Shown here one piece after another: positions 13,166-24,461 of a stretch of DNA of 64,000 bases. The notes below the pieces were generated by a model. It did not search any database. It was not told the origin of the DNA and saw only the letters and a list, made by a program, of their open reading frames with translations. Position 1 is the first letter of the stretch. Each line of letters starts with the position of its first letter. Origin of the DNA: Amphiscolops sp. MND2022 (Eukaryota); assembly GCA_964187785.1 (NCBI GenBank), contig OZ076409.1, forward strand, positions 1,798,001 to 1,862,000, given 5' to 3'. The translations under genes were made by a program, and so were the position numbers.

Positions 13166-13900
13166 GAACAGAACTGACAAAAAAGAATCCTATGGGATGT
13201 ATGTTTGGAGATAATTGAACGTTCCTGAAAAACGAAAGTGCCTAACGGTAAATGGCCCAAAACGACCCTAAATTGATCCCGCCCGATCTTTTGAGAGAAA
13301 ATTTCAGAAGAAAACTGAAGGTTTCACCACCGAGGAACACTTTTTTGGAAAAAATTGGAATAGTTTTTGTTAACTACTTTCCTTCATCATAAAAATTCCA
13401 CGAATTTTCTACTGTTAGAGAATCGTTTTTTTGATCGAGGATTTGGTACATGCCAATTATGCTGCCTAAAATAATCAAAGTTGAGCCCATGTTCGTGTTT
13501 TGCTCCAATTTTCAAGAAACCCATATTTAAAAGCAGCCACAAATACCACTTTTTGACATTTTCAAAAGTGGTTTTTAATAGTTTGTTGGAGTTTTGAGTT
13601 AGCTTGTAACTAAAGTTGGAACTCTGTAAAAAAACCTTTTGACCTTAAAATCAAAAAATGAGTGTTTGGCGCTGATGTGACCCTGAAGTGAGAGTACGTA
13701 GGTTCGAACTCCGCGCAGGGCCAAATATTTTTTATGCTTGCAACGATAGAGGAGATCAAAAAGTTACTTTTCAGTTTTTTGGAACTATGAAACATTTTCG
13801 AAGAAAGTTCGGAGCAACATTTGAGTGAGTCGAAGCTCTGAAATGCATGCAGTGGTGCAAAGGAGCCCGAATTAGTTCGTTACAGTTTTTTACTAACATA

Positions 13901-14640
13901 AACAAGCCGGGAATGGATCAAGTCGGCACCCGGTCGAGGTTCAAAAAGTGCAAAGTGTTTGAAATTAAAGTTTTTATCAGATTTACAATAGGATAATCAA
14001 CGGAAATACCCATAGGTTACCCAGATGGAATACTCAAAAAACTCGAAAACTGTCTTCTTCCTTGACTCGAAACACCCAAATTTTGAAAAACATTTTTTTT
14101 CAAAAATTTCATAGTTCCAAAAAACTCAAAAAGGAGGCGGCACTTCAATTTCGTAGAACGCTCTTTCCGAGACAAAAAAGGAAGGAGGTGTCCTTTTATC
14201 AAACGAAAGTTGCCAAAGAAAATCACACGCTGCCGAAAAAAGCCTTAAGTCTTTTCAACATTTATTGAGAAAACTCACACTCTCATCAGTCTTACAGGAC
14301 TAACAAAAATCAAAGAAGTTACCCTTAAGACCACAATCTGAGGTGGTCCTCTATGCTCGCAACACCCTTGGTTTCTGCTAAAAGAGGGGGCACTACTTTT
14401 GAAAAAACTTCAAAAAGAAGTGGCATAGTGCCGAAAAAATCCCAATAGTGGGAGCCTTCGGTCTCCCCTCTACTTTTACGAGCATATGCAATTTGGTTTA
14501 GTTTCGGATACCTAAGCCAAGTGGCAATTAGACGTTACTAAGTAACCACTTAAAGAAATGCGTTAAAAAATCTGTCAGTTCACTGGCTTTGAAAACAATC
14601 CACTGCTATGGTCGGATTTTTATAATCGAAAACGCCGAAT
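13901..14640 (-). mobile_element. HINE-like repeat copy
   Basis: AACAAGCCGGGAATGGATCAAGTCGGCAC at the left end and AACGCCGAAT at the right end. Confidence 0.55.
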
Positions 14641-15000
14641 ATAAATAGAAGGGTCTCTTTTTTCGTTATTGTGATCTTTTCACTTTCAAAAATCCGTGTT
14701 TCAAGCGTAATGCTGGTCCTAACGCTGGATATTGTGTGACTTTTATGGAAAACATTTCGTTATTCTACCATAAGTCTCTTTTTGTTTTTTTTTGACGTTT
14801 CAAGTTAGGGAAAAGCTTTCCTAATCAGAAAGGTTCCTCGTTTCAGTTTTTGCATTCCACGATTTTTGTTTTCGTCTGATATTTTCTGCCCACATTTAAT
14901 GGAGGAGGAAAATCAAAATCCGTGTTTCGTTTTTTTTTCCAAAGTCTGCCAAATCTCCACATTTTGATTCCATTTAGTGAATACTAATTTGGATATTCTA

Positions 15001-15115
15001 GTCACCGTGGCGCAGTTGGTAGTGCGTATGCCTGGTAGACACGAGGTCGTGGGTTCGAACCAGTGCTGTTACATTTTTGGCGGAAATTATCCTAGTGCTT
15101 AGCGGGCGTCTAGTT
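15001..15115 (+). mobile_element. tRNA-derived repeat (Pol III A/B boxes)
   Basis: TGGCGCAGTTGG (A box) and GGTTCGAACC (B box). The tail GGCGGAAATTATCC...AGCGGGCGTCT recurs at ~50250 (+), ~54462 (-) and ~62377 (-). Confidence 0.65.
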
Positions 15116-15817
15116 TAAAAAGAACCCTTTCAGACAGATAACGTTTTTTGAATAAATTTAACCTTGAAAACACATCTATATCTGTGAACAGACAAATTCT
15201 TCTGTTATTACTTTTTTAAATTGACACGGACATTCACAGGCTTTCACACGCAAGTGCACAATCAGCCAATTTTACCATCAGGCAGTTAGGTAAACAAGTG
15301 GTTTTAGGGAACCCGAAAAACTTCCTTCGTCGGCTGTTTGGTTTTTAATACCATTCTCCACCTGATCAGAAAAATCAAAAACAGTGCGTGGTTCCTCAAT
15401 GATGGGAAACTAATTGTTGACTACAACATTAAGTAGGCAAGGTTGAAAAGAAACCACTGAATTGGAAGATACTGTTGATCTTAACATCATACCAACAAAA
15501 ATATATCGTTTTTTAAAATGAAGACGTCGCTGAAAAACGTCGGCAATAACAACAAAAAACGTTCGAGAAGCAGAAGTGAAACAAAAACAGTTATGAGATT
15601 TGCTTAAATTGTCACAAAGTTAACCAGCAAAAATGATATGAAATTGTTTCGAAACGTCCTTGTCTATTTGTTTGTACATCTTTCGAAACAAACCTGTTTT
15701 AAATCGGCAAGGCAGAACCAACCCGGGGTCTACATATTTGAACATCATCGCTCTTTTTTGTTCCAACGCGCAATGTCCATTTCAAAACCTAAAAGAGGTA
15801 AAACTCAAACTACTTAC

Positions 15818-16053
15818 TTTGACATCGAGCTTTCCTGGCATCTCGTACTTAACTACATATCCTTCTTTGCACGTTCCACAAACACCCCCGGGATAGTACT
15901 TGTTGAGAACTTCGGGGCACTTATAGTTCTGCATGAATCCATCGTCCAACTTGTATTTCTGGCGAAACTCCAAGTGGTTGCAAAACAAGTCCACGGAAGC
16001 ATTTATGTCGAAATCTCGTGCTGTCAACCTGCACAAAATGCAAAGTGGTTTTA
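15818..16053 (-). CDS. Candidate internal Cys-rich coding exon, product unknown
   Basis: Acceptor TTTCATCTCAG and donor GTAAGT flank an open frame KPLCILCRL...GGVCGTCKEG...KLDVK. Confidence 0.45.
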
Positions 16054-16191
16054 CTGAGATGAAATTGATGCGGAAACTGAGGTATAGTGGATGATTGGTT
16101 ATCAGAAGACATTCAATCTGATTCAATTTCAACTTTTTGTGACACCTTTTTGCGGTCTTGAGCGAAACATTTCGAAACCACAGCAGTCTTT

Positions 16192-16312
16192 GATTTTTAG
16201 ACGTCATTCTCGAAAGATTTTTAGACGTTATTTCGGAGAGATTTTTAGACGTTATTCCCGACAGACTTTTAGACGTTTTTCCCGAAAGATTTTTAGACGT
16301 TATTTCTCAGAC
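16192..16312. repeat. 24-bp minisatellite, about 5 copies
   Basis: Repeated GATTTTTAGACGTTATT core. Confidence 0.85.
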
Positions 16313-17037
16313 ATTATTCGCACACCTTTATCAAAACTTTCAACGCTGAGCAACGTGACAACTTTCAGAACTTTTTTTCGAAGCAAATAATCTTTGATGC
16401 ATCAAAAATGAGAGCGAAATGACTAGTAAACGTGTCTAGACATTTTTAGAAAGTTTGAACCAACCGTGGTCTAAAAATTGATTATGTAACGATTGCTCCA
16501 GTTTTACATAAAACAGAACAAATTTGTGCCTTGGGTAAAGAGATTGAGATTTTGAAAATTGACTATTTCGTGAGTTGTGCTTTTTTGGTTCACCTAGTAG
16601 TTGAACAAAAAAGTGGAAAGCACAAAATATCCACTCTCCAAAATTGGAATATTTGTCAACAAGACACCGATAATCAGGGATGTAAAATAATGTATTCAAA
16701 TATTATTTTTCAAAAAATAAATGTATTTATTTGTTGTTGGCTAACAATGAATATAATAAATATATTCTCCAATATTGTGTGAAGAAAAAGTATATTGTTC
16801 GAACAAAGACTTCTTGGACTGAATTTATAACTATCAATAATTTTACCAAACTTCCTGACTCGATTGTCTACACGACTAGAAACTAATTCCGAATACTTTG
16901 TAATAGTTGGCCCAAGACATTGCATTTGTGTATCATGTATTTTGCGTATACGATCATAATAATACAATAGTGTTACTACTTGCCAGTGAATATCAAAATA
17001 TATTGGCTCAAAACACCAATAGGTTGGAATAAAAATC

Positions 17038-17441
17038 AACAAGACGGGAACGTCTAAAGTCGGCGCTATATCTAAGGCTCAAAAAGCACAAAGTTGTTAA
17101 AATTGTAAAATGGGGGACCCTTTGGGCTTTTGAAACTTCAGTTTGCTGCAAAATATCAAAAACTTGAAAGGGGATCCTTTGGCGACAAAAAATTGAAAGT
17201 CGCACAGTGCCAAAAAAATTCAAAGGGGGACCCTGTAGTCCCGTCCAGTTTTGTATCTTTCGATAAAAATTGAGTACACGAAAGAAGGACCCTTTGCACT
17301 AACGCCTATGCGTTTCCGTTTGCCGGTCCAGTAGTTTAGTATTTCTGTGGAGTGTCCACTACGCATACATTCTGTGGTCTGACGAAAAAAAACTTGCCAC
17401 TGTAATAGTTGGGGCTCATTTGGTAGAATGCGCCGACTAAA
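17038..17441 (-). mobile_element. HINE-like element (best-preserved copy)
   Basis: Terminal AACA plus hairpin AGACGGGAACGTCT; subterminal IR AGTCGGCGC pairs with GCGCCGACT at the other end; no TSD; A/T-run junctions. Confidence 0.7.
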
Positions 17442-19719
17442 AACATTTTATTTTACAAAACTTAAAATAAATTTATTTTATTCTTTTATTGTCAATTTAT
17501 TCAAATACAAACAATTTTTTTCATCCCTGTCAAAAATCTTTCATTTTCTGTCAATCATTCTCTCATTACGTAACCAAATCGTGAACAAAGAATGATCCGA
17601 ACCTCAAGAGAATGTGTAGACGTTTTTACCAGTCATTCGTTCACACTTCTGATGTGTGAAAGTTCATTTGCTTCGAAGAAAAGACGTCAAAGTGAATGAC
17701 TGACAAGCTGAATTGCAATGTTCAGAGTTGTTTTGAAACATTTGTGGGCAAATATTTGAAACTTTGAGACCTCAAACATTTTCATGTGTTCCGTTTTTTT
17801 TATGGTTCACCGAGTATCCATAAACGATTATTCGAAAAGATCAATACTTACATACGATAAGAAGCCGACAGGACGATGGAATCCTATAAATTGAGAATCA
17901 AAATCGTTCTGTAAGTTCACTATACTTCTGTCGTCTTCAGTACAACAGAATATTTCCAAAATAGACAACCAACGTCAATAAAAGGGCTAACAAGAATACT
18001 ATACCTAAGCTACAGATGTAGAAATAATGAAGATGCCACATACTATAGTATGAAGCGTTCAATATTTTTCCACGAAGATTCATTTCGAAATTTGAATGTC
18101 GGATTGTAAGTGCTGAGTTTGCCATAATGCAAGAAATTTATTCCATCTGATTAGTTTTGTAATTGGATTGTCGTTTTGTAAACGTTCTTCAGGTCTTAAA
18201 CCGTAAATTTTGAATGCGAGAACTGAATTCTTATCAAGGTCATTGCAAAATTATTCTCCGGTTCATTGATTGGATGGCATGGCGGTTTTGCAACTTTTAA
18301 TTAAAACATTTTTCTCAAAAAACAGCGCAAACAGATAGTTTAATGAGAAGAAGAAACCTAGGAAACATTGGACAGAGAAACCCAAGAGGCTTTAGGACGT
18401 TTTGACAGTGAACAAAACTGGAAACCGTCACCACTCATATAAAAAAAGCGTTTACGTGCAAAAAAAACGTAACTAAAAGTTGATGTTCTTAAATTTAGTT
18501 AGCACAAAAATGTTCAAACGTCCATGTTCCAACATGAATCATAAGTTTCATTTTAGAACAGCAGCATATCACGGGTAATGTAAGGAATAGGGTGCAAAGT
18601 GGCGTCACCTAGTCAGGAATACTGGAACTTTTCACATGCTTAAGGGTAATTTTTCAAAGACCGCGGAAATTTAGTACGCTTCCCATGGAAAAATCTTGTA
18701 GAAATACACTGAAGTTTGCACTGTTTCCTTTGAATTTTAAAAAAAAGTTCCCCGCTTTGTCGCAGACACGAACACGTTGTTTTGACAGTAAGTATCTGAA
18801 AGATTTAAAGAGGTCCCAAATGGTCAGAAGGCTTTCGAGCTCGTATAAAAATATAGTTTTCTAAAACTTTATGAACAAAACTAATAAAGGCTGACTTGGT
18901 ATCAAATTTCAAGTTGCAGACGTCTACGAAGTTCTGCATTCAATTTTACATATTGACGAGTCGATTTGGATTGTGAGTTTTAGGAACTTGAAAAGGTTGG
19001 TTCTCCTCGATGGCGGCCTATTCAAGTGTTAAAGCGCTGACTACCAGCTCCTGCGATCATGCACGAAGATTCATGGAACGATTATAGCCGTGTCGTAACG
19101 GTTATCGATGATGAGTCATGCAATGTGACATTTTACAAAGTCACCTTTGTTTGAAAATGCTTGAAATTTTTGCATGCACTTTTAAGTTGCATGCAACTTT
19201 TATTATACTTCTCTATATTTCCTAAAAAATTTTCATGCAAAAGCAATTCCCTGTTGCATTGGACTTTTGTCAAGCTACTTGAAGTAAGCTTATTAAATTT
19301 GGCAGCAGTTTTAGCTTCGAATGCAAAATATCTCCAGTCGCGTAATGAGCTGCAAAGTAGCGTTGTATTTGAGAAGCAATAATTACATCAGATGAGTAAA
19401 TGAGAAAACAAAGTGCAATTAAACATGATCGTGTCGATAACGGAAAAGGAAATATTTTCATTTTTAATTGCAATAGTGTTAACTGCAGTGTAATTCTACC
19501 GCCTAGGTTTCATGAAAATTAACCCTGCATGCAGACTTACAGCATGTTAAAAGTTGTAGCTGCATCGACTAGGCTCAAAAGCCACCGATGGAAATTCCAT
19601 GAGGTCATTCATACTCAAGGGTGTAAAATAAATAAATTATTTAAAAATAATTGCAATAAATATATTCAAATAATTTATTTTTCGGCCTTTTCAATAACAT
19701 TAATATTTATTGTTTCAAA

Positions 19720-19850
19720 TTTTACTTCAGCGAGCACGTCAAACTCAGCTGAACGAATTTTCAGTACTGCAAGATACGTTCATAATGACTATCGAAACAA
19801 ACCAGCGCCACTTTATTTGGAGTCAGATGTTTTTGAAATATATTTCGAGC
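19720..19850 (+). pseudogene. hAT transposase C-terminal dimerisation-domain remnant
   Basis: STSNSAERIFSTARYVHNDYRNK..P.YLE matches the hATC pattern TS...ER.FS.......R..L....LE. Confidence 0.6.
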
Positions 19851-20707
19851 TTCCGGGAAGGAAATACAGTGAAGGAAATTTCGCGAAAGTGAATTCGTTT
19901 CCGCAAGCCCTCTAGCACAATAAATGTACAATAATTTAAATTATTTATTTTCTTGAAAAATAAATATAAATAATTTATTTTCTTGCAAAAATATATTACA
20001 ATAAAATATTTTACACTCTTGTTCATACTTCGCTGTTTTGAAAATGGATGGCATTCCATTACCAAGTCAATTGCTAATCATGGTAATTTGGTTGGTTTTT
20101 GATCCTGGTGTTAAGATTGCCGAAGTCATGATAACAGCATGATGGAAATTTTGTCATGATCTTGGCAAGGTTAACAGGATTAAAAAAGATCAGCGGAAGA
20201 AAGTTCCATTTATCCACCATTACTTCCTTGCTGAAAATACTTGAACTTTTTGCATGCATTTTGATGTTGCCAGCAACTTTTATTATGATGTTCTTAAAAT
20301 AATAGTGAAACTGTCGAATATTTTGCCGTTGTATTGGTCTTTCATCAAGCTGCTTGAACGATTAATCAACGTTTTGGCGGCAGCTTAAAGCATTGAAGTT
20401 TCAATTTAAATGCAACCAAGTTGAAACCAGTTTTACAGCCTTTTTAACGCAAAATTACAATTGTTTGTTGAATGTCATTTTTTGCCACAAGTAGGAAAAT
20501 TAAATTACGGCATTGCCGAAAAATGCCGAAAAGCCGGAAACGATTAACCGAATGCCGAAAATCGGACTGATTTGGAGTTAACTTTTTGTTCCTGGAAAAT
20601 TCAAATGAACAAATTTGTGTATTTTTAAACGTTTTTAAAAGTAAGTATTTTTACGAACTTTCATAAATCTGAATTTGTAGTGAACTGATCATCTTCACGT
20701 TTTTCAG

Positions 20708-21033
20708 ATTCATCGATATGGGCAAGATCAAAACCTCGATGGAAATTCTTCGTGATCAAGCATCCCAGCAGAAGATTCTGTCAGTTTTAAAACCCCTTGT
20801 GTGCGGAGTCGATTTAAGTTTATTGTTCAATTTGTTCCAAGTCGTTCAACAGTAGCTAGACCAAGCATTAAAACATGTCGACGTGATTTTCGAAAAATTA
20901 ATTGAAATAAGTGAGACCAACAATCCTCTGGCGAAATCTGCTTTCAAAAAATTTACAAAAGTACTCGAAAAAACTCTGGTTTGAAAGTCGTCGCTGACCT
21001 GAGACGGGGTGAGAGCTTTTCTGCCCCTTCTCA
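20708..21033 (+). pseudogene. hAT-like transposase remnant, left of the Gypsy insertion
   Basis: KKFTKVLEK(N)SGLKVVADL-like translation that continues after 39108. Confidence 0.45.
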
Positions 21034-21754
21034 TGTAACGGCAACTGCCCATGTCAAAATTTTCGAAGCAAAAATTCGTTCAAATCTGACGTGGCACTCA
21101 AACATGCTTCAGACGAAAGACCTGTCAAAAAAAGCAGATCCGAAATCAGAAATCGCCCCCGCGAGAGAGGACGAAAAGAGAAGACGTAGAAAACAGTCCC
21201 TAGAACACGGTGAAGTGCCCATCTATGGTCTTTGGCGTTTACACTACATAGGTAACAGAAACCGGTGTTCCAGATGCTCGCCTGAAGATCCTGCGGCGTC
21301 CTGTGCGGTGACGAGCGCTAGCGCTGGGAAGCCATGGTCAATTCGCTCCTGCTAAAAACTCAAACTTCTGATATTGTTGTGCTTATTGTGCTTTCCTTGT
21401 TGTAGTAGATTGATATGCTCGAGAGCTGCTCATTTACATCTATGGTTACCCCTTTTTGATGTCGATTTTATCAGATTCTCCAATACTATGGCTCAACATC
21501 CTCCTGTTTTCAGCCCCCTTTTTAAAGGCTAATTGAGCAGTGGTCTTGAGACATGCAAGATGCCCGTTACTTTTAGCAGTTACAGACTAGGACCAGGCCA
21601 GAGAGTTTCCAACAAGACGGTTCCCCCACCTTGGGACTGGCTCCTTCGGAGGGAAAATGAGCTAGGGCCGCGGAGATCTAGGTCCCAGATTATATTCGCT
21701 GTTCTAGTTCCTCCATTCTACGTTGCGGTTCAAGCGCCAGCGCTTATCGTTACA
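21034..21754 (+). repeat. 5' LTR of Gypsy element
   Basis: No differences from 38388-39108 found by eye. Confidence 0.98.
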
Positions 21755-21769
21755 TAGAACCTCATTTTT

Positions 21770-21789
21770 TGGCGACCACAGAGGGATCG
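21770..21789 (+). promoter_or_regulatory. Primer-binding site, tRNA-Arg-like
   Basis: TGGCGACCACAGAGGGATCG; its reverse complement ...TCCCTCTGTGGTCGCCA resembles a eukaryotic tRNA-Arg 3' end with CCA. Confidence 0.75.
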
Positions 21790-22965
21790 TCTTGGGAAGC
21801 TTTCCCTAGCGGTTTTTAAAAGATCTGGCCCCCTGGTAATCAGCGCCAAGCCCGTTTTGACTCTGAAGAAGGAGAGAAAAGCAGAGTTTTGCCCTTTTTT
21901 AGTCGTGTGACATTCTACTGGAACTGGGAGAGGCGTTGAACCAGAGAAAACCCGAAAAAATCACGTTTTCAGGTGCGAAAATGGTATTTTTAGGTGTTTT
22001 GGAAGGAAATCGATATTTTTGTGTGATGTGTTGTGTGCCCATCAGCGGGTATCTTTTTGCAGGTGCTGAAGACCGTAGCACGTGGCTACGGGTGTTTAAC
22101 AGGTTTTGCAAGCTATTTTCAGCCATTTTATGCCATGCAAGAGGGTGACTGGTGGATGGCTGACCATGAACCAGCGAGGCGAAGGGGGAGTCAAATTGTG
22201 TATTGCCTACTTCCTACTCCCATTTCTCGTGGAGACGTCCTAGAGGTATGGTTTTTGGTGGACAGCAAGTGCAATTGCAGACGATGCTAATGGTCCAACC
22301 CGCGTGTCTCTATCTGGTCTGGATGTGGAGAAAAAGCGTGGTGAAGGTGCACCCCCTGTGACCGGACGCGTCGCTCAAATGGCTCATGGTCGGTGAAATT
22401 TTTGAAAATGCACCTTTTTCGACGGGGAATCGTTGGTGCAGGTCAGTAATGTTTTGTTGTAGATGTAACGACACCCTACGAAGTGCTTTTCTGTAAAAAA
22501 GATAGCACTTGCGTGAAAAAACCCTGATTTTGCGTTTTTTTCGTGTTTTTCGTGGTTTTGAGCACTTGTGCTCAACGGAGCCAGGAAAACTTCGTGAAAA
22601 GTGTTGTAAAAAGCAGCTGCAAGGCTCGAGAAAGCTAGTACGAGGCACAGAAGGCCGTAATTTTGCCTTTGGTTGTGATAAAAGTGCCGGTCTAGCACCA
22701 GAAAATTGCAAAAAAGTGGAATTTTGACCAAAATGGCACCCAGAAACACAGGCGTACACTGGTGTAGAAGTATGAAAAAGCAGTGTACGGTGTTTTGTCA
22801 AGCGTAGTAAACCCACAGGACACTAACTGTAACTTTTACAGCGGATTCAGGCAGCCTGGGGCTGACACGGCGCAAAAAAACCGGTAATTTAAGGTGTTTT
22901 TAGGCATAGAAAGTGCATTGTCTGAAAGTCTTGAGGGTGAAGCTTAGTGGACCAGAGCGAGTTTG

Positions 22966-23243
22966 AACGCTCTTATTTTCCGTTCTAGCAATAAAAATAG
23001 CGCATTTTGGTGAAAACCGCGTGCAAAAACTCCTTTTCAGTGTTGAGAAAAGTTGAAAAACCTTGATTTTTAGTCAGTTTCAGGAGTGTCTGAGTACACA
23101 ATTAAAACCCCTTGGGCACTCTGTCTTTTTGTTAGCTAGGAGCTTCCGCGCTCTCATTTTCTGTTTCTATAATAAAAATAACGCATTGTGGTGAAAACCG
23201 CGTGCAAAAACTCCCATTCAGTGCTGAGAAAAGTGGAAAAACG
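22966..23243 (+). repeat. Two ~95-bp direct repeats in the Gypsy leader
   Basis: GGTGAAAACCGCGTGCAAAAACTCC..TTCAGTG.TGAGAAAAGT occurs twice, 180 bp apart. Confidence 0.85.
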
Positions 23244-24461
23244 CACTGGATTTGATCAATTTTCCACAAAACCGGACTGTCTCTGAGCTAGGGTCGGGTC
23301 ATCGATTCCTGAACCCTAGCCAAAAAGTGGTTGCATTTTCGTAACCACCACAAAAAGTAACGTTAGTGCCGAAAATTTGGTGGGCGTATCGTTCCCCAAA
23401 GTCGAGAAAAGCTCTCTGACGTTTTGACTCCAGAGAAGCTGAAAAAGCCGAAAAAATCCAAAACTGCAGGACCGTCAGTGCCTTATACCTAACGGGCACA
23501 ACCAATTGAGGGTTTATCCCAGTGCTACGGATAGTGGGGCGACACGTTGGTCCCATTTTGCCCGCCGTATCACTTTCTGAGGTGATCCTCTTGGTCAATT
23601 TGTGAAAAAAGTAGTCAAAAACAGTGTTTTTTTGTGTACAACGTACATAGTGGGTCGAAACCTCAAATAAGCGCTCGCGCTTCAATTCGACCTTATCAGT
23701 GGCATTGTAGGTGCCCACAGGCATAAACTACCAAGTTTGGTGCCGATCTGTGTGATACTTGTTGAGAAAATAGGAAAAACGCGGCGCCCAAAAAGGTGTG
23801 CAAAAAGGCAGTTTTTTCTTAATTTTTCCAAGTAACCCGGGTACCTTAGCCGACGGGTGGGTCTATATTGCAGCCCACCATCGTAACCTGTGCTAGTTCC
23901 TACGTCGTTGCAGAGAATTTGAGCTTGCTAGCTTCTTTCAGTGGACCGCAATCTTGAAAAAGACGTGAAAAACAGTGTATCCCTGTACATAGTGGTACCG
24001 CACGCCTGTACCTAGGTGGAACTGTGTAGAAGGGGTGCAGCTCAATTCTGTGTTTATTTTCGTAAACCCACGCGTACCTAAAATCCGCTGGTCAAGTTTG
24101 GGCTTGATACGACGCTTCCAGCGCACACACGAGCCTCTTGAGTGTTGTAGTGCAAATTTTGGAAAATCCAAAAAATCTTTGAAATTCTTCCTGTGAGTGA
24201 CCGGAGACGCTTTGCCCTGAACCAGGTTGATTTTCTGGCCCAGTGTGCTTGTGGAAAAGCGCTGTGCAAATTTGAACAGCCTACGAGCCTTAAAACGTAT
24301 TTCGAGAAATTTGGGACGTTGCGAAACAGTCAAATTTCTTAAGTCCACACCGAGACGAACCTAGAGCTAACAGCGACTCGACAAATCCCGCGTTTTTCGA
24401 GGCTTCTTTAAAGGCTACGTCCGAATCGTTGACGCCTGCTCTGCCATTGGCATTGTGTGTA

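Noticed and set aside
15001..15072. Functional tRNA gene
   Set aside because: Acceptor and anticodon stems pair poorly and it runs into a dispersed repeat tail.
20981..21355. Duplicated ORFs at 20981-21355 and 38242-38709 as genes
   Set aside because: They are chance frames through the two LTRs, with different non-ATG starts outside the LTR.
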